Below, one piece after another: positions 1 through 11,396 of a stretch of DNA of 64,000 bases (the first letter of the stretch is position 1; every line of letters starts with the position of its first letter). The notes under the pieces are model-generated. The model ran no database searches, was not told the DNA's origin, and saw nothing but the letters and a program-made list of their open reading frames with translations. Source of the DNA: Mycoplasmatota bacterium (GTDB taxonomy: Bacteria; Bacillota_I; Bacilli_A; Mycoplasmatales; MT37); contig CP138194.1 in NCBI GenBank assembly GCA_033560715.1, positions 283,494 to 347,493 on the forward strand, in the 5' to 3' direction. The translations under genes were made by a program, and so were the position numbers.

Positions 1-290
1 TTTGCTAATCCATGACTAACTGCTCCAGCTTGACCAGCAATTCCGCCCCCTTTTAATCGAATAATTATGTCATAATTACCGATTGTACGAGTAACATTTA
101 ATGGTTTGTTGATTAAGTTTATAAGAGTTTTGCTTTTAAAATAATTAATTAATTCAATTTGTTGGACTGATTTTTTTGGTTTGTTGGTTATAATTTCAAC
201 CAAAAATTTCCCTAAATTTGATTTATTTTCATTAATTAATAATTTTGCAACCGCTGATTTACGTTTGCCAGTTTGTTGTTGTTTAATCAT
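1..290 (-). CDS. rpsI: 30S ribosomal protein S9 (C-terminus lies beyond the window start)
   Basis: ATG at 288-290 on the - strand. Translation MIKQQQTGKRKSAVAKLLINENKS...IIIRLKGGGIAGQAGAVSHGLAK carries the S9 GGG..GQAGA..HG motif. It lies immediately downstream of rplM, as in the conserved rplM-rpsI pair. Confidence 0.85.
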   Translation of the reverse strand, partial: MIKQQQTGKRKSAVAKLLINENKSNLGKFLVEIITNKPKKSVQQIELINYFKSKTLINLINKPLNVTRTIGNYDIIIRLKGGGIAGQAGAVSHGLA

Positions 291-725
291 TTAATTGATG
301 TTCACTTCCTTTGGTTTTTGGGCAGTATGTTTATGAACATTATTTGCATAAATAAATAAGTGTTTCATTTGTTGACGAGCTAAACGGTTACGGGGAAGCA
401 TTCGTTTTACTGCTAATTTTAATAATTCAGTTGGTTTACGTTGGTGTAATTTTTCCGCAATTTCGGATTTTAAACCACGTGGATATTGAGAATGACGATA
501 ATACTTTTTATCAGTTCATTTTTTACCGGTTAAAACAATATTGGCAGAATTAACGATAATTACATAATCACCACAATCATTGTGAGGAGTAAAAAAAGGT
601 TTATGTTTTCCGCGTAATAAATGCACAATTTTAGTTGCTAAACGACCTAAATGATGTTCATTAGCATCAATAATTAATCATTCTTTTACAATGGCTTCTT
701 TTGCCAACATTTTAGTTTGTTTCAT
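291..725 (-). CDS. rplM: 50S ribosomal protein L13
   Basis: Code-4 translation [60 protein letters not shown]... (144 aa, internal TGA=Trp) has a typical L13 N-terminus. It is absent from the ORF track because TGA splits it. Confidence 0.85.
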
Positions 726-771
726 ATTTATATAATTATAACCCAATTTAATCAGAAAACCACATTCTTTT

Positions 772-1671
772 TTACTTTAATTGAATAATTTGTTCTAATA
801 CAAAAACATCACCCACTGCTTTAATAGCCGAACTGGAATTCAAATACACCATGACAATACCAAAGAAAAGTAAAAAAATTGAAAACTTAATTCAATCACT
901 CATTTTAAACATCGTTTGATGATATTGACTGCGTTTAGCGTATGGATCATAACCACGTGATTCTAAAGCTAATGCCATTTCATCGGCACGTTTGAAAATC
1001 GAAATAAAAAGCGGAATTAATAAACTAATCAAAGATTTAATTTTAACTTTTAAATTTCCGTTATAAAAATCTAATCCCCGTGATGCTTGTGCATCCATAA
1101 TTGAATTTGCTTCTTCGATTAAAGTTGTTACTAAACGAAGTGATAAAGTAATGATCATTGTAAAAATATGAATTGGAAAGCGAACAATTTCTAATGGTTT
1201 TAATAATCATGTTAAAGCGTTTGTTAAATCAATTGTTCGTGTTGTGGTAATTAAAATGATTGTTAACATAATTACCATTGATACACGTAAAGCAAAATAA
1301 AAAGCGTTAATTAAAACGGTTTGACGAAATCATTTCAGTTTTTCACCACTAAAAAATGGATCTTTAATTTGTGTGCCAGCAATGAATTTTTCTTTTGGTA
1401 ATTTAATTAAAACGGAAATAATATTAAAAACTAATAGAAAAAGAAACATAATTAAAAAGATTTTCAGAATAAATAAAAAGATGTTTTTTGGTAATTTTGC
1501 AATTAATATTAAAAGGATTAATATTCCAAATAACCCAAAATAAATGACAAAGCTTTTTTTGATGAAAAAACACACTAAAAACATAATGAAAATAATAAAT
1601 TTAATCCGTGCATCAAGCGCATGAATTAAAGAATCACGTCTGATATAACGTCCAAAAATAAAACTATTCAT
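772..1671 (-). CDS. ecfT: ECF transporter transmembrane (T) component
   Basis: ORF-track fragments 1330..1671 and 892..1158 share one frame and are joined only by TGA codons; a real TAA lies at 772-774. The protein is very hydrophobic, and the start MNSFIFGRYIRRDSLIHALDARIK is EcfT-like. It follows two EcfA ATPase genes. Confidence 0.8.
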
Positions 1672-2554
1672 CGTGGTTTTTATCCTCTGTTTTACCTAAT
1701 TGCTGTGCTAATGTTTCCGAAAAAGTGTGAAATGAACGTCAATTTAAATGGGTTGTATCAACACCAAGTGCATTTAACATGCGAATAAACCGAATTGTAT
1801 CGGGAATTTTTAATTGATATTTTTCACAAATTTGTTGATTTTGAAATAATTTCGATGGTGTTGTGTGTAAAATTTTATGACCTTGATCTAATAATAAAAC
1901 TTCATCAGCTAATGCAAGCACTTCATTCATATTATGACTAACAAAAATAATTGTTTTTTGAAAATTATTTTTTAAATCTAAAATTAAATTTTGGAACTTT
2001 TCTTGACTAAAAACATCTAAGCCGGCGGTTGGTGAATCAAAAATAATGATTTCAGGTTCATAAGCTAAAATACCAGCAAGGGCAATTTTACGTTTTTGTC
2101 CACCAGAAAATTTAAATGGTGATTGATTTAAATTTTTAATGTTTCATCCTAAACTAGAAAAATATTTTTTTGCTTGTGTAAGTGCAACATCTTTATTAAA
2201 CCCAAAATTTAATGGCCCAAAAATTACCTCTTTATGAACATTTTCTTCAAATAATTGTCGTTCGGGATTTTGTGATACAAATCCGACCGTTTTACGTAAT
2301 TTAAGGACGTTAGGAATTTTCCTTTGCAAAGAATTAATGGTCATATCAAAAATTTGCACCGTTCCAGTGGTTGGTTTCAATAATCCGTTTAAATGTTTAC
2401 AAAGCATTGTTTTTCCTGATCCAGAAGGACCAATAATAGCGGTAATTTTTCCAAAACTAAATTCATGATTAATATTCGAAAGTGCTCAAACGTTTTGATT
2501 ATCTGGATGATTAATTTTATAACTTAAATTGGTGACTTTGATAATTTTTGACAT
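1664..2554 (-). CDS. ecfA2: ECF transporter ATPase component A2
   Basis: ATG at 2552-2554 gives MSKIIKVTNLSYKI...ITAIIGPSGSGKTMLCKHL (Walker A). Fragments 2144..2407 and 1739..1930 are in the same frame, joined by TGA. The gene overlaps the ecfA1 stop and the ecfT start. Confidence 0.85.
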
Positions 2555-3375
2555 ATTTCTTCAATTAAATGCTTTTCACTTAAAGTTGGTTTAAATTTAA
2601 CACCTTTTTTTTCAAGTGACTGTAATAAACGATAAAAAAATGGTAATTTTAAACCAAAACATTCTTTTAATAAAACAATTTTTTCGTTTAAAAGTTTTTT
2701 TGCCGAACCAAAATATTTTACATGCCCGTTTTCTAATAATAAAACTTGATCAGCAATTAATAAGCGTTCCACATTATGAGTAATTTCAATTACAGTAATG
2801 TTACGGTGTTTAATTTTCGCAATAATATTATCGATTTCATTTTCGCTTTTTGGATCAACCATACTGGTTGGTTCATCAAAAATAATTATTTTTGGTTCTT
2901 GAATTAAAACTGATGCGATTGCGACTTTTTGTTTATTACCATCAGATAAATTATTAGCTTCTTCATTGAAAATTGTTTCTAAATTAAATTGTTTAACAAT
3001 TGATTTAACTTTTTTTAACATTATATGGGGTGGTATTCGTAAATTTTCTAAACCAAATGCTAAATCATTTTCAACCGTTAAACCAACAAACTGACTTTCA
3101 GGATTTTGAAAAATTAATCCGACTGGTTGTTTTTTGGTTTTTTGGTTAACTGTTTGATCAAACATTTCAATTTTACCATCATAATTATGTTCTAATCCAG
3201 CAATGATTTTTGCTAAAGTCGTTTTTCCAGAACCATTATGACCTAAAATTGTCAAATGTTGATGCGGTAAAATTTTGAAATTAATATTAGTTAAAATGTT
3301 CGGTAATTTTGGTGAGTATTTAAAATTAAGATTTTTAACACTTAAAATAGAATTAATTTTCGCTGTTACTTTCAT
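2524..3375 (-). CDS. ecfA1: ECF transporter ATPase component A1
   Basis: Intact 283-aa ORF with Walker A GHNGSGKTT, signature LSDGNKQK and Walker B IIIFDEPTS. It occupies the conserved rplQ-ecfA-ecfA-ecfT position. Confidence 0.9.
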   Translation of the reverse strand: MKVTAKINSILSVKNLNFKYSPKLPNILTNINFKILPHQHLTILGHNGSGKTTLAKIIAGLEHNYDGKIEMFDQTVNQKTKKQPVGLIFQNPESQFVGLTVENDLAFGLENLRIPPHIMLKKVKSIVKQFNLETIFNEEANNLSDGNKQKVAIASVLIQEPKIIIFDEPTSMVDPKSENEIDNIIAKIKHRNITVIEITHNVERLLIADQVLLLENGHVKYFGSAKKLLNEKIVLLKECFGLKLPFFYRLLQSLEKKGVKFKPTLSEKHLIEEICQKLSKSPI

Positions 3376-3385
3376 TTAGGATGAT

Positions 3386-3748
3386 CTAATTAACCAATTT
3401 TAAAAAATAAGTTGTTGCATTATCACCACGTCGATTTGATAAGATTGCTGACGTTAAATAACCACCAGGACGATTAGCATATTTTTGAGCAAGTGTTTTC
3501 AACTTTGTGATGATAAATTTTTGATCAGGCGTTTTTTGCGATTTACGCACTAAATTTAATGCTTGACGATAAGCACTTAAGGTGTTTTTTTTGGCAAAAG
3601 TGATCAATTGGTCAAATTCTTTTTTAACCGTTTTTTTAAAATCACGTGTCACAATTACTGATTCATGAATCAATAATTCTGTTAATAAATTACGAACTAA
3701 ATTGCGTCGTTTTGCTCGTTTGTGTGCTGTATGATAAATTCTTGCCAT
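3386..3748 (-). CDS. rplQ: 50S ribosomal protein L17
   Basis: 120-aa ORF at the end of the alpha operon after rpoA. Basic, L17-like sequence (RRNLVRNLLTELLIHESVIVT...). Confidence 0.9.
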   Translation of the reverse strand: MARIYHTAHKRAKRRNLVRNLLTELLIHESVIVTRDFKKTVKKEFDQLITFAKKNTLSAYRQALNLVRKSQKTPDQKFIITKLKTLAQKYANRPGGYLTSAILSNRRGDNATTYFLKLVN

Positions 3749-3764
3749 TGGTTTTTAAACTACT

Positions 3765-4730
3765 TTATAAAGTAATATTATATTCTTTTTCTAGTTTTTC
3801 TTCAATCTCTTTTAATGATTTTTGTCCTAAATTTTTAATTTCTAAAATTTGTTTTTTATTTAAATTTTTTAATTGTGAAAGGGTGTGAATATCATGATTG
3901 TGAAGTGCATTAATTGTTCGTTCCGAAAAATCTAGCTCTTGTAATAAAACTTCTTCTTTCACAGGGTTTTTAACTGGTGGTTCTTCGAATTTAAATTCTG
4001 TGTAACCATCATTTAATTCACCTAAATAGTTCAAATGATTTGATAAAATTTTGATCGCTTGACCAAGACATGATTTGGCGTTTATTGCCCCGTTTGTTAA
4101 AATTGATAATTGTAATTTTTCCGTAATTGATTCATCACCAATTCGAATTTCTTTAACTTGAAAATTAACCAAACGAATTGGTGAAAATTGCGAATTAATT
4201 GCCACACAACCAATCGTTGATTCTGATTGCTTTGATAAAATCCGTTGGTTTTCTTCAAAAGTTGCATAACCATTACTTTGACGAATAAAAATCGTTAATT
4301 CAATCGGTTTTTTAATTTCAACAACATTCATTAAAACTAATTCCGGATTAATAATTTTTAATCCTCCAATTACTTCAATATCGCCTGCTTTAACAACTTT
4401 TTGATTTGGATTTATTTTAGTAAAAAGTTTAATAAACGGTTGGTTTTCAAACAAAACGGGATCAGCTTGAAAAATGATTTTTTCAATGTTTAAACCGATT
4501 TTTAAAACATTTTCATGAACACCAGCAATCGTTTGAAATTCTTGTTCAGCGTTTGATAATTTAAAAGCAAAGGCTGCTGTTCCTGGTAAAACGGAAAGTA
4601 AAACACGACGAAGTGAATTACCAAGTGTAGTTCCAAACCCTTGAACTAAAGGTTGAAATTCGAATTCTAAATGATTAGCGTTTTTTTGATCATTTAGTGT
4701 TTTAAATTCTGGTTTAATGAATTGGTACAT
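3765..4730 (-). CDS. rpoA: DNA-directed RNA polymerase subunit alpha
   Basis: 321-aa ORF with the N-terminal-domain motif GFGTTLGNSLRRVLLSVLPG and a C-terminal helix-hairpin-helix region (LDFSERTINALHNHDIHTLSQL). Confidence 0.95.
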   Translation of the reverse strand: MYQFIKPEFKTLNDQKNANHLEFEFQPLVQGFGTTLGNSLRRVLLSVLPGTAAFAFKLSNAEQEFQTIAGVHENVLKIGLNIEKIIFQADPVLFENQPFIKLFTKINPNQKVVKAGDIEVIGGLKIINPELVLMNVVEIKKPIELTIFIRQSNGYATFEENQRILSKQSESTIGCVAINSQFSPIRLVNFQVKEIRIGDESITEKLQLSILTNGAINAKSCLGQAIKILSNHLNYLGELNDGYTEFKFEEPPVKNPVKEEVLLQELDFSERTINALHNHDIHTLSQLKNLNKKQILEIKNLGQKSLKEIEEKLEKEYNITL

Positions 4731-4810
4731 ATATTTATTTTATTTACTCCTTGATGATGATTTTATATTGTATATTTCAAAATAATTTGCGTGAATTAAA
4801 TTAATTACTC

Positions 4811-5218
4811 TTAACCACGCGGTTTTTTAGGTGGACGACAACCGTTGTGCGGAATCGGAGTTTTATCAGTCAATTCAATAATTTGCAGATCGGAAACTTC
4901 TAAGCTTCGTAAAATTGCATTTCGACCGGGACCAATTCCTTTAATATGAACTGCTACTTTTTGCATTTTATAAATTTCAACAAATTTTAAAATTTGTTTC
5001 ATTGCCATTTTAGCAGCGTAAGGGGTTGATTTTTTACTTCCTTTATAACCAACTCTTCCAGCAGATGATTGTTTTAAAACCGCACCATTCATACGATTTA
5101 AACTAATAATCGTATTATTAAAAGTGGCGTGAATACTAATGATTCCAGTTTCGATAACTTCTTTAATTTTTTTTGGTTTTTTGGTTTTTACTGATTTTGT
5201 TGTTTGTTTTGTACTCAT
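4811..5218 (-). CDS. rpsK: 30S ribosomal protein S11
   Basis: 135-aa ORF with IISIHATFNNTIISL and a C-terminal PHNGCRPPKKPRG, both typical of S11. Confidence 0.95.
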   Translation of the reverse strand: MSTKQTTKSVKTKKPKKIKEVIETGIISIHATFNNTIISLNRMNGAVLKQSSAGRVGYKGSKKSTPYAAKMAMKQILKFVEIYKMQKVAVHIKGIGPGRNAILRSLEVSDLQIIELTDKTPIPHNGCRPPKKPRG

Positions 5219-5248
5219 AATTTTATTCCGATTGTTGTTTATTAAACA

Positions 5249-5626
5249 TTATTTTTTACTATCTGGTTTCTTTTTATTTGCGACAGTTTTACGTGGTCCT
5301 TTAACGGTTCGAGCGTTTTTTTGTGTGATTTGCCCGCGAACTGGTAAATGTAAACGATGACGAATTCCACGATAAGAGCCGATTTCTTTTAAACGTTTAA
5401 TATTTATTTGGACACTACGACGGACATCACCTTCTGTGGCGTATTTTTTAATTTCCATTAAAATGGCATTTGCCTGTTTATCAGTCAAATTTTTTGTTCG
5501 CAAATCAAAAGCAATATTTACGGTTGTTAAAATCTTTTTTGCCAAACTAACTCCAATACCGTGAACATACGTTAAAGCAATCACAATTCGTTTGTTTTGA
5601 GGGATATCAACTCCACTAATTCGCAT
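5249..5626 (-). CDS. rpsM: 30S ribosomal protein S13
   Basis: 125-aa ORF starting [25 protein letters not shown], the canonical S13 N-terminus. Confidence 0.95.
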   Translation of the reverse strand: MRISGVDIPQNKRIVIALTYVHGIGVSLAKKILTTVNIAFDLRTKNLTDKQANAILMEIKKYATEGDVRRSVQINIKRLKEIGSYRGIRHRLHLPVRGQITQKNARTVKGPRKTVANKKKPDSKK

Positions 5627-5631
5627 TTTTT

Positions 5632-5745
5632 TTAACCTTGGCGTTGTTTATGTTTGCTAATTAAGCATGTGACCGCAACGCGTCCTTTCCTTTTGATGAT
5701 TTTGCATGATTTACAAATTTTTTTAACTGATGTACGAACTTTCAT
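5632..5745 (-). CDS. rpmJ: 50S ribosomal protein L36
   Basis: 37-aa ORF read by eye: [37 protein letters not shown]. It is below the ORF-track size cutoff and lies between infA and rpsM, as expected. Confidence 0.9.
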   Translation of the reverse strand: MKVRTSVKKICKSCKIIKRKGRVAVTCLISKHKQRQG

Positions 5746-5750
5746 ATTTT

Positions 5751-5981
5751 TTATAAACGGCGAATAATTCTTCCTTTACTATTATCATAAATTGACATTT
5801 CAATTTCTACCATATCACCTTCAAGGACACGAATTGAAAATTTTCGCATTTTTCCACCGATATGAGCATTGATGAAATGTGAGTTTTCTAATTTTACCTG
5901 ATAAACTCCACCACCAATATTTTTGATTATTTTACCTTTAACAATAAAATTGTCACGTTTTTTTGTTTTTCTAATCTGCAT
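5751..5981 (-). CDS. infA: Translation initiation factor IF-1
   Basis: 76-aa ORF with an S1-like fold sequence ([51 protein letters not shown]). Confidence 0.9.
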   Translation of the reverse strand: MQIRKTKKRDNFIVKGKIIKNIGGGVYQVKLENSHFINAHIGGKMRKFSIRVLEGDMVEIEMSIYDNSKGRIIRRL

Positions 5982-6720
5982 AATTTGTTAAAACTTCTGT
6001 TCCAGTTTCAGTTATCAAAACCATTTTTTCAAAATGACAATTTAATTTTTTATTCACGCTCTTTACAGTTCATCCGTCTTTTGCAACGTAAGTGGTAGGA
6101 GAATCAATTAACACCATTGGTTCAATACATAATACCATTCCAGGCTGCAAAATAAGGTCTGGTTTAGCACGACAAATATTCCAAACTGGTGGAAATTCAT
6201 GTAATTGCTTACCAATTCCATGCCCTGTGTATTGAGCAGTTAAACAATAACCACGCTCAGTGATATACTTCTCTATTATACACCCAATTTGATTAATTTT
6301 CATACCAGGTTTGATTTTTTTGATCACTAAATTTAAACTATTACGAGTTGTATCAATTAATCGCATAATTTCCAAATTTGGTTTTCCAATTGTAAATGAT
6401 AAAGCGGCATCGGCATGTCAATTTTGATAACTACAACCTAAATCAAGACTAATTAAATCACCCGGTTGAAAATGATGAGCTTTTGGAATTCCGTGCACTA
6501 ATTCATCATTGATTGAAACGCATAGAACCGCTGGAAAACCGTGATAATTTAAAAAATTCGGTTTACATCCGGCTGCTAAAATCATTTCGTGAGCAATTTG
6601 ATTTAATTTAACGCCATTCATATTTGGTTGTTGAGCAATTTGACGTAAATGCATTAAAATATTAGCAACAACTGATCCGGCGTGACGCATTTTAGCAATT
6701 TGTGATGGTGTTTTAATCAT
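5971..6720 (-). CDS. map: Methionine aminopeptidase type I
   Basis: Fragments 6418..6720 and 6070..6375 are in one frame joined by TGA and extend to TAG at 5971-5973 (249 aa). The C-terminus ...CHFEKMVLITETGTEVLT is MAP-like. The gene sits in the conserved adk-map-infA position. Confidence 0.9.
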
Positions 6721-7387
6721 TTTTAACCTTCATTTTAAAAACTTGATGAAAATATTTTTGAATCTTAAAAATAGGTTGATTTCCATCAATTATAAAAACT
6801 TTAAAATTATGATCAACTTGATGGGTTTTATATCATTTTATCAATGGTAAAGTTTGCTGACGAAAAACTGAAAAGCGGGTCATAATTTTTGCTTCATCAC
6901 TGCGTTTCACAAGTTTAGTTTGATCTTTATCACAAATATTAGCAATTTTTGGTGGTTGTAATATTTGATGATAAATTTGTTGGCAAGTTGGGCAAATCAA
7001 ACGATTTTCAATTCGTTTTTGACATAATTTTAAATCAAGATCAAAAATGATAATTTGTAAATTTGACAACTTTAATTTGGCCATTTGTAACATTAATAGT
7101 TTATGCTGAGCAAAATTACGCGGAAAACCATCTAAAATAATTGTTGAATTTGATTTTTGATTTTGTAACGTATGATAAACAATATCACTAATTAATTGAT
7201 CATCGATTAATTGACCACTTTTTCAAATTGGTGTTAATTGTTTTTTTAAAGTTTGATCAGTTAAAGCGTATTGTAAAATCGATCCTGTACTTAAATGATA
7301 GTACTGATAAGTTTTTTGTAATCATTGCCCTAGTGTGCCTTTTCCTGAACCGGGCGGACCAATCAAAACAATTAATTGCTTTATCAT
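6713..7387 (-). CDS. adk: Adenylate kinase
   Basis: ATG at 7385-7387 gives MIKQLIVLIGPPGSGKGTLGQW... (P-loop) and is in frame with fragment 6833..7093. The Zn-type LID is CPTCQQIY...CDKDQ. 224 aa. Confidence 0.9.
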
Positions 7388-8721
7388 TGGAATTGCTTTC
7401 CTTTTTGAGTGCGTAAATTAACGTAATACAATTGGGTACGAAAGTTTTTTAATTGTTGTAAAATGGTTTGACCAATCATAATCATAATTAATAAACTGGT
7501 TCCATTAATTATGAATGTGTTTTTTCCTAATTCAGGAAAAACTAACTTCGAAAAAATTAATGAAAAAATTGCTAGAAACGCTAAATAAAACCCACCAAAA
7601 ATACTTAAGCGATTTAAAATCCGATTTAAATATTTTTCGGTTGTTTGGCCTGGTTGAATTCCAATTAAATAAGTACCGTTTTTAGCAAAGTTATTTGCTA
7701 ATGATTCGGTATTAAAAATGATTCGCGCATATAACAAAACAAAAAAAAATGTTAAAATTGCAAAAACGAGAATTCCTGATCAATAATTAAAATTAAAATA
7801 TTGATTAACAAATTTAGTATAATTGCTGTTTGGTTTATTAATTAACGTTGCAACTGATTGAAAAATTGAAATTAATGTCGAACTAAAAATGACTGGAATC
7901 ACACCAGCTGGATTAACTTTGATTGGTAAAAAAGAAATCCGTTGATTATTTAAACGCAATCCAGCACCAGTTTGTTGAATCGGAATTCGACGTTCGGAAT
8001 TATTTAATAAAATAATTAAATAAATTAATAAACCTAAAATTAATAAATAAAACCCAAATCGCACACTATTTAAAACTAAATTTTGTGAATCGACATTATT
8101 AATAAATAAAAGTTTGACCGCTTTTTCAAAATTTTGCGGTAAAGTTAATAAAATACCAGTAAAAATAATAATTGAAGTACCGTGTCCAATGCCTTTTTGA
8201 TTAATTATATGTGCAATTAAAAGCGTTATCATTGAACCAGCAATTAACATTAATGGACATAAAAAATAATAAAAAACTGGATCTTGATAACTATCAATTA
8301 ACGATCAATTAACCTTAATAATTCCGTTGTTTTCCAAAGCTTTAATCGTTCCAAGTGCTTGCATATATCCAAGTGGAATCATAATAATTTTGGTAATTAA
8401 ATTTAATTTTCGTTCCCCTTTTTGACCTTGCATTTGTAAACGTTTAAAAGCGGGAATTAATCCACTACTTAATAATTGCACAATAATTGAAGCAGTAATA
8501 AACGGTGAAATACCAATTGCAAAAAATGATACGCGGTTTAAAACTCCACCACCTAAAATTGAAAGTAAATTTAAAAAACTATTGTTATTAGTGTTAGCAA
8601 AATCTTTTAATTCAATTCCTGGCATTGAAATCAAAGATCCAAGCCGAAAAATAATCAACAAAAAAATTGTAATTAAAACACGCTTAATAATTTGGCGATA
8701 AGTTTTAAAAAATTTAACCAT
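7381..8721 (-). CDS. secY: Preprotein translocase subunit SecY
   Basis: Fragments 8305..8721, 7780..8250 and 7384..7737 share one frame and are joined by TGA (446 aa). Multi-span hydrophobic protein in the spc operon position after rplO. Confidence 0.9.
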
Positions 8722-8726
8722 CTATC

Positions 8727-9209
8727 TTATTTCAATAGCAGTTTTAAGGTCCCTTTACCGTTTATAATTGCTGCTTTAGCGTTTTCTGAGCAACGATGAC
8801 TAACGATATTTAACGGTTGGGTTAAATTAGCAGTTCCTAAAATTTTATATTTTTGATCAATGCTATTAATTAAACCAGCTTCAAATAAAATTTTTGGGGT
8901 AATTTCTAAAACGTTTAATTTGACAATTTTAGCAAGTGAAACCGGATGAAATACTTTACGATTAAAATTTTTAAATCCCCGTTTTGGTAAACGACGATGA
9001 AATGGTGTTTGTCCCCCTTCAAACGCAAAACCAATTTTATGACCTGAACGTGATCGTTGTCCTTTATGTCCACGACCAGAAGTTTTTCCGGTATTAGAAC
9101 CAATTCCACGTCCTAAACGTTTGTTATTTTTACGTTTTGCGGTCGATAAATTATTTAATGAAAAACGGGATTGAAATTTTTCGGGTTTTTTAGTTTTTGT
9201 TTGTGACAT
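8727..9209 (-). CDS. rplO: 50S ribosomal protein L15
   Basis: 160-aa ORF with RLGRGIGSNTGKTSGRGHKGQRSRSG, the L15 glycine-rich motif. Confidence 0.95.
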   Translation of the reverse strand: MSQTKTKKPEKFQSRFSLNNLSTAKRKNNKRLGRGIGSNTGKTSGRGHKGQRSRSGHKIGFAFEGGQTPFHRRLPKRGFKNFNRKVFHPVSLAKIVKLNVLEITPKILFEAGLINSIDQKYKILGTANLTQPLNIVSHRCSENAKAAIINGKGTLKLLLK

Positions 9210-9852
9210 TTGAATTGACTCCTTCTGAGTTATTTGACGGTATTAAACCACGTGCAACTAAAATTGCTTTCGGAGTTCTTAATTGCTTTAAAGCTTTTAA
9301 AGTCGCGCGTAATAAATTCATACGATTGTTTGAAGCAAATGATTTACCAGTAATATTTTTAATTCCTAATAATTCAATGATTGATCGTGCTGCCCCACCA
9401 ATAATTAATCCTGAACCTTTTGAAGCTGGTTTTAACATAATTTTGGAAGCGCAAAATTTTGCGCTAACTGTATGAGTAATTGTATCGTTGATTGATGGAA
9501 TAAAAATCATATTTTTTTCAGCTTGAGCAAACGCTTTGTCACGCGCTAATGAAACTTCGTTCGCTTTTCCAGAACCAATTCCTACTAAACCAGCACGATT
9601 ACCGGCAACCGCAATGGCAAAAAATCGAAAACGGCGTCCACCTTTAGTAACATTAACAACACGTTTCACTTCCACTAGTGTGAAACTAGTATTTGAAGTT
9701 TTTTTAACTTTATTAGAGTTTTTACTTCATAAAATTTTACGTTTTGTTTGTAATTTTTGACGTTCTTCTCATTCTTGACGAGAAGACATGTTTGGTTTTG
9801 AATTTAAATCAGTTGATTTAGTTGTAGTTGATTGATTTTCGGTTTGATTCAT
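9190..9852 (-). CDS. rpsE: 30S ribosomal protein S5 (with about 60-aa N-terminal extension)
   Basis: Core in fragment 9190..9675 (VVNVTKGGRRFRFFAIAVAGN). The frame stays open upstream through TGA codons to ATG at 9850-9852 (MNQTENQSTTTKSTDLNSKPN...). Confidence 0.85.
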
Positions 9853-9870
9853 AAGTTTTCCTTTATGTTA

Positions 9871-10227
9871 TTAAAATTTTATTCCTTTTTGACGCAAAGC
9901 ATTTGCAAATGCAGCAATTTGACCATGATATAAAAATCCAGCACGATCAAAAACGATTGAAATAATTTTTTTACTGATCAATAAATTAGCTAATTCAAAT
10001 CCAATTTGTTGTGCAATTTTAATATTAACGTTTTGACGTTGTAATTTTAAATTCAACGATGAAAACGAAGTGATAGTCTGATGGTTAATATCATCAATGA
10101 TTTGAGCATAAAAATGGCGATTAGAACGAAAAACCGCTAAACGTGGTTTTGCATTTGTTCCAACGATCATTTTACGAATTTTATAGTGACGAATTTTACG
10201 TGCATAAGATTTTGTGTTAGTTTTCAT
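9871..10227 (-). CDS. rplR: 50S ribosomal protein L18
   Basis: 118-aa ORF at the spc operon position; PRLAVFRSNRHFYAQIID is typical of L18. Confidence 0.95.
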   Translation of the reverse strand: MKTNTKSYARKIRHYKIRKMIVGTNAKPRLAVFRSNRHFYAQIIDDINHQTITSFSSLNLKLQRQNVNIKIAQQIGFELANLLISKKIISIVFDRAGFLYHGQIAAFANALRQKGIKF

Positions 10228-10229
10228 AA

Positions 10230-10778
10230 TTATTTTGAAGATGTTTTTCCAACCTTGCGTTTAATTTTTTCGTCAAGATAATGAATTCCCTTTCCTTTAT
10301 ACGGTTCACAAGGACGTAATTTACGTACAATACTAGCAAATAATCCAATCGCTTGTTTGTCAAATCCAAAAATTTTTAAACGATTCGGTTTAGGAAGTTC
10401 TAATTTAATGTTTTCCGGAACTTTTAATTCCACTGGATGTGAATAACCGATGTCTAAAACTAATGTTTGCGGATTTTTGATCGTAAATTTATAACCCAAT
10501 CCTTCAATTAAAAGAATTTTTTCAAATCCTTTAACAACCCCATTTAAAGCGTTATTTAATAGCGCATTAACTGTTCCGTGCATCATTTTAGCTAAACGAG
10601 TTGTTTTTAAAGGAGTTGTTGTAATTTTTTGATCAGCAATTTTAATTGCAATTAATCCAGCAAATTTATATTTTAAACTTCCTAACGGACCAGTAATTTC
10701 TACTAAACGAAAATTGGTTGCAATTTTAACTTCAACATTTTCGGGAATAATTAATGAACGTTTTCCAATTCTTGACAT
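10230..10778 (-). CDS. rplF: 50S ribosomal protein L6
   Basis: 182-aa ORF starting MSRIGKRSLIIPENVEV and containing GYSHPVE. Confidence 0.95.
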   Translation of the reverse strand: MSRIGKRSLIIPENVEVKIATNFRLVEITGPLGSLKYKFAGLIAIKIADQKITTTPLKTTRLAKMMHGTVNALLNNALNGVVKGFEKILLIEGLGYKFTIKNPQTLVLDIGYSHPVELKVPENIKLELPKPNRLKIFGFDKQAIGLFASIVRKLRPCEPYKGKGIHYLDEKIKRKVGKTSSK

Positions 10779-10797
10779 AATAATTACTTTTATATTA

Positions 10798-11196
10798 TTA
10801 TCACACGGATGCGATTAACTTGCCTCCAACATTATTTTTTTTTGCTTCAATTCCAGTCATAATTCCTTTTGAAGTTGAAACGATAACAATCCCTAAATTA
10901 TTGTGAATTTTCGGCATTTTATCTGCCGTTGTATATAATTTTAATCCTGGTTTTGAAATTCGTTGAATATGACGAATAACAGATGTTTTACGATAATATT
11001 TTAATTGAATAACAATTGAATTAAAACGATTTTTATCTAATTTTATTTTTTGAAAATCAGTAATATAACCGGTTTGTTTCAAAACAGTTAAAATCATTCA
11101 TTTTTGGTTTGAATAACTAACAGTACAATTATTTTTTAAAACCATTGTTGCGTTGCGAATTCTCGTAAATAAATCGGCGATTGGATCAGTTAACAT
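10798..11196 (-). CDS. rpsH: 30S ribosomal protein S8
   Basis: ATG at 11194-11196 gives MLTDPIADLFTRIRNATMV... It is joined by TGA to fragment 10801..11097 (132 aa). Confidence 0.9.
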
Positions 11197-11209
11197 ATTT
11201 AAATTTCCT

Positions 11210-11395
11210 CTATCAAGATGCTTTCTTTACACCTGGCAAAATACCACGATGGGCAAAAGTACGAAAACAAATTCGACACAATAAAAATTTTCGTAAAACT
11301 GCATTCGAACGTCCACAAATATTACAACGCGTATAATTACGAGTTGAAAATTGATGTTTTTTCGCTTGTTTCATCCGTAATGCTTTTCGTGCCAT
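11210..11395 (-). CDS. rpsN: 30S ribosomal protein S14 type Z (zinc-binding)
   Basis: The 60-aa fragment plus a terminal TGA=Trp gives ...[38 protein letters not shown], the canonical CxxC..CxxC motif and KKASW end. Confidence 0.95.
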
Positions 11396-11396
11396 A

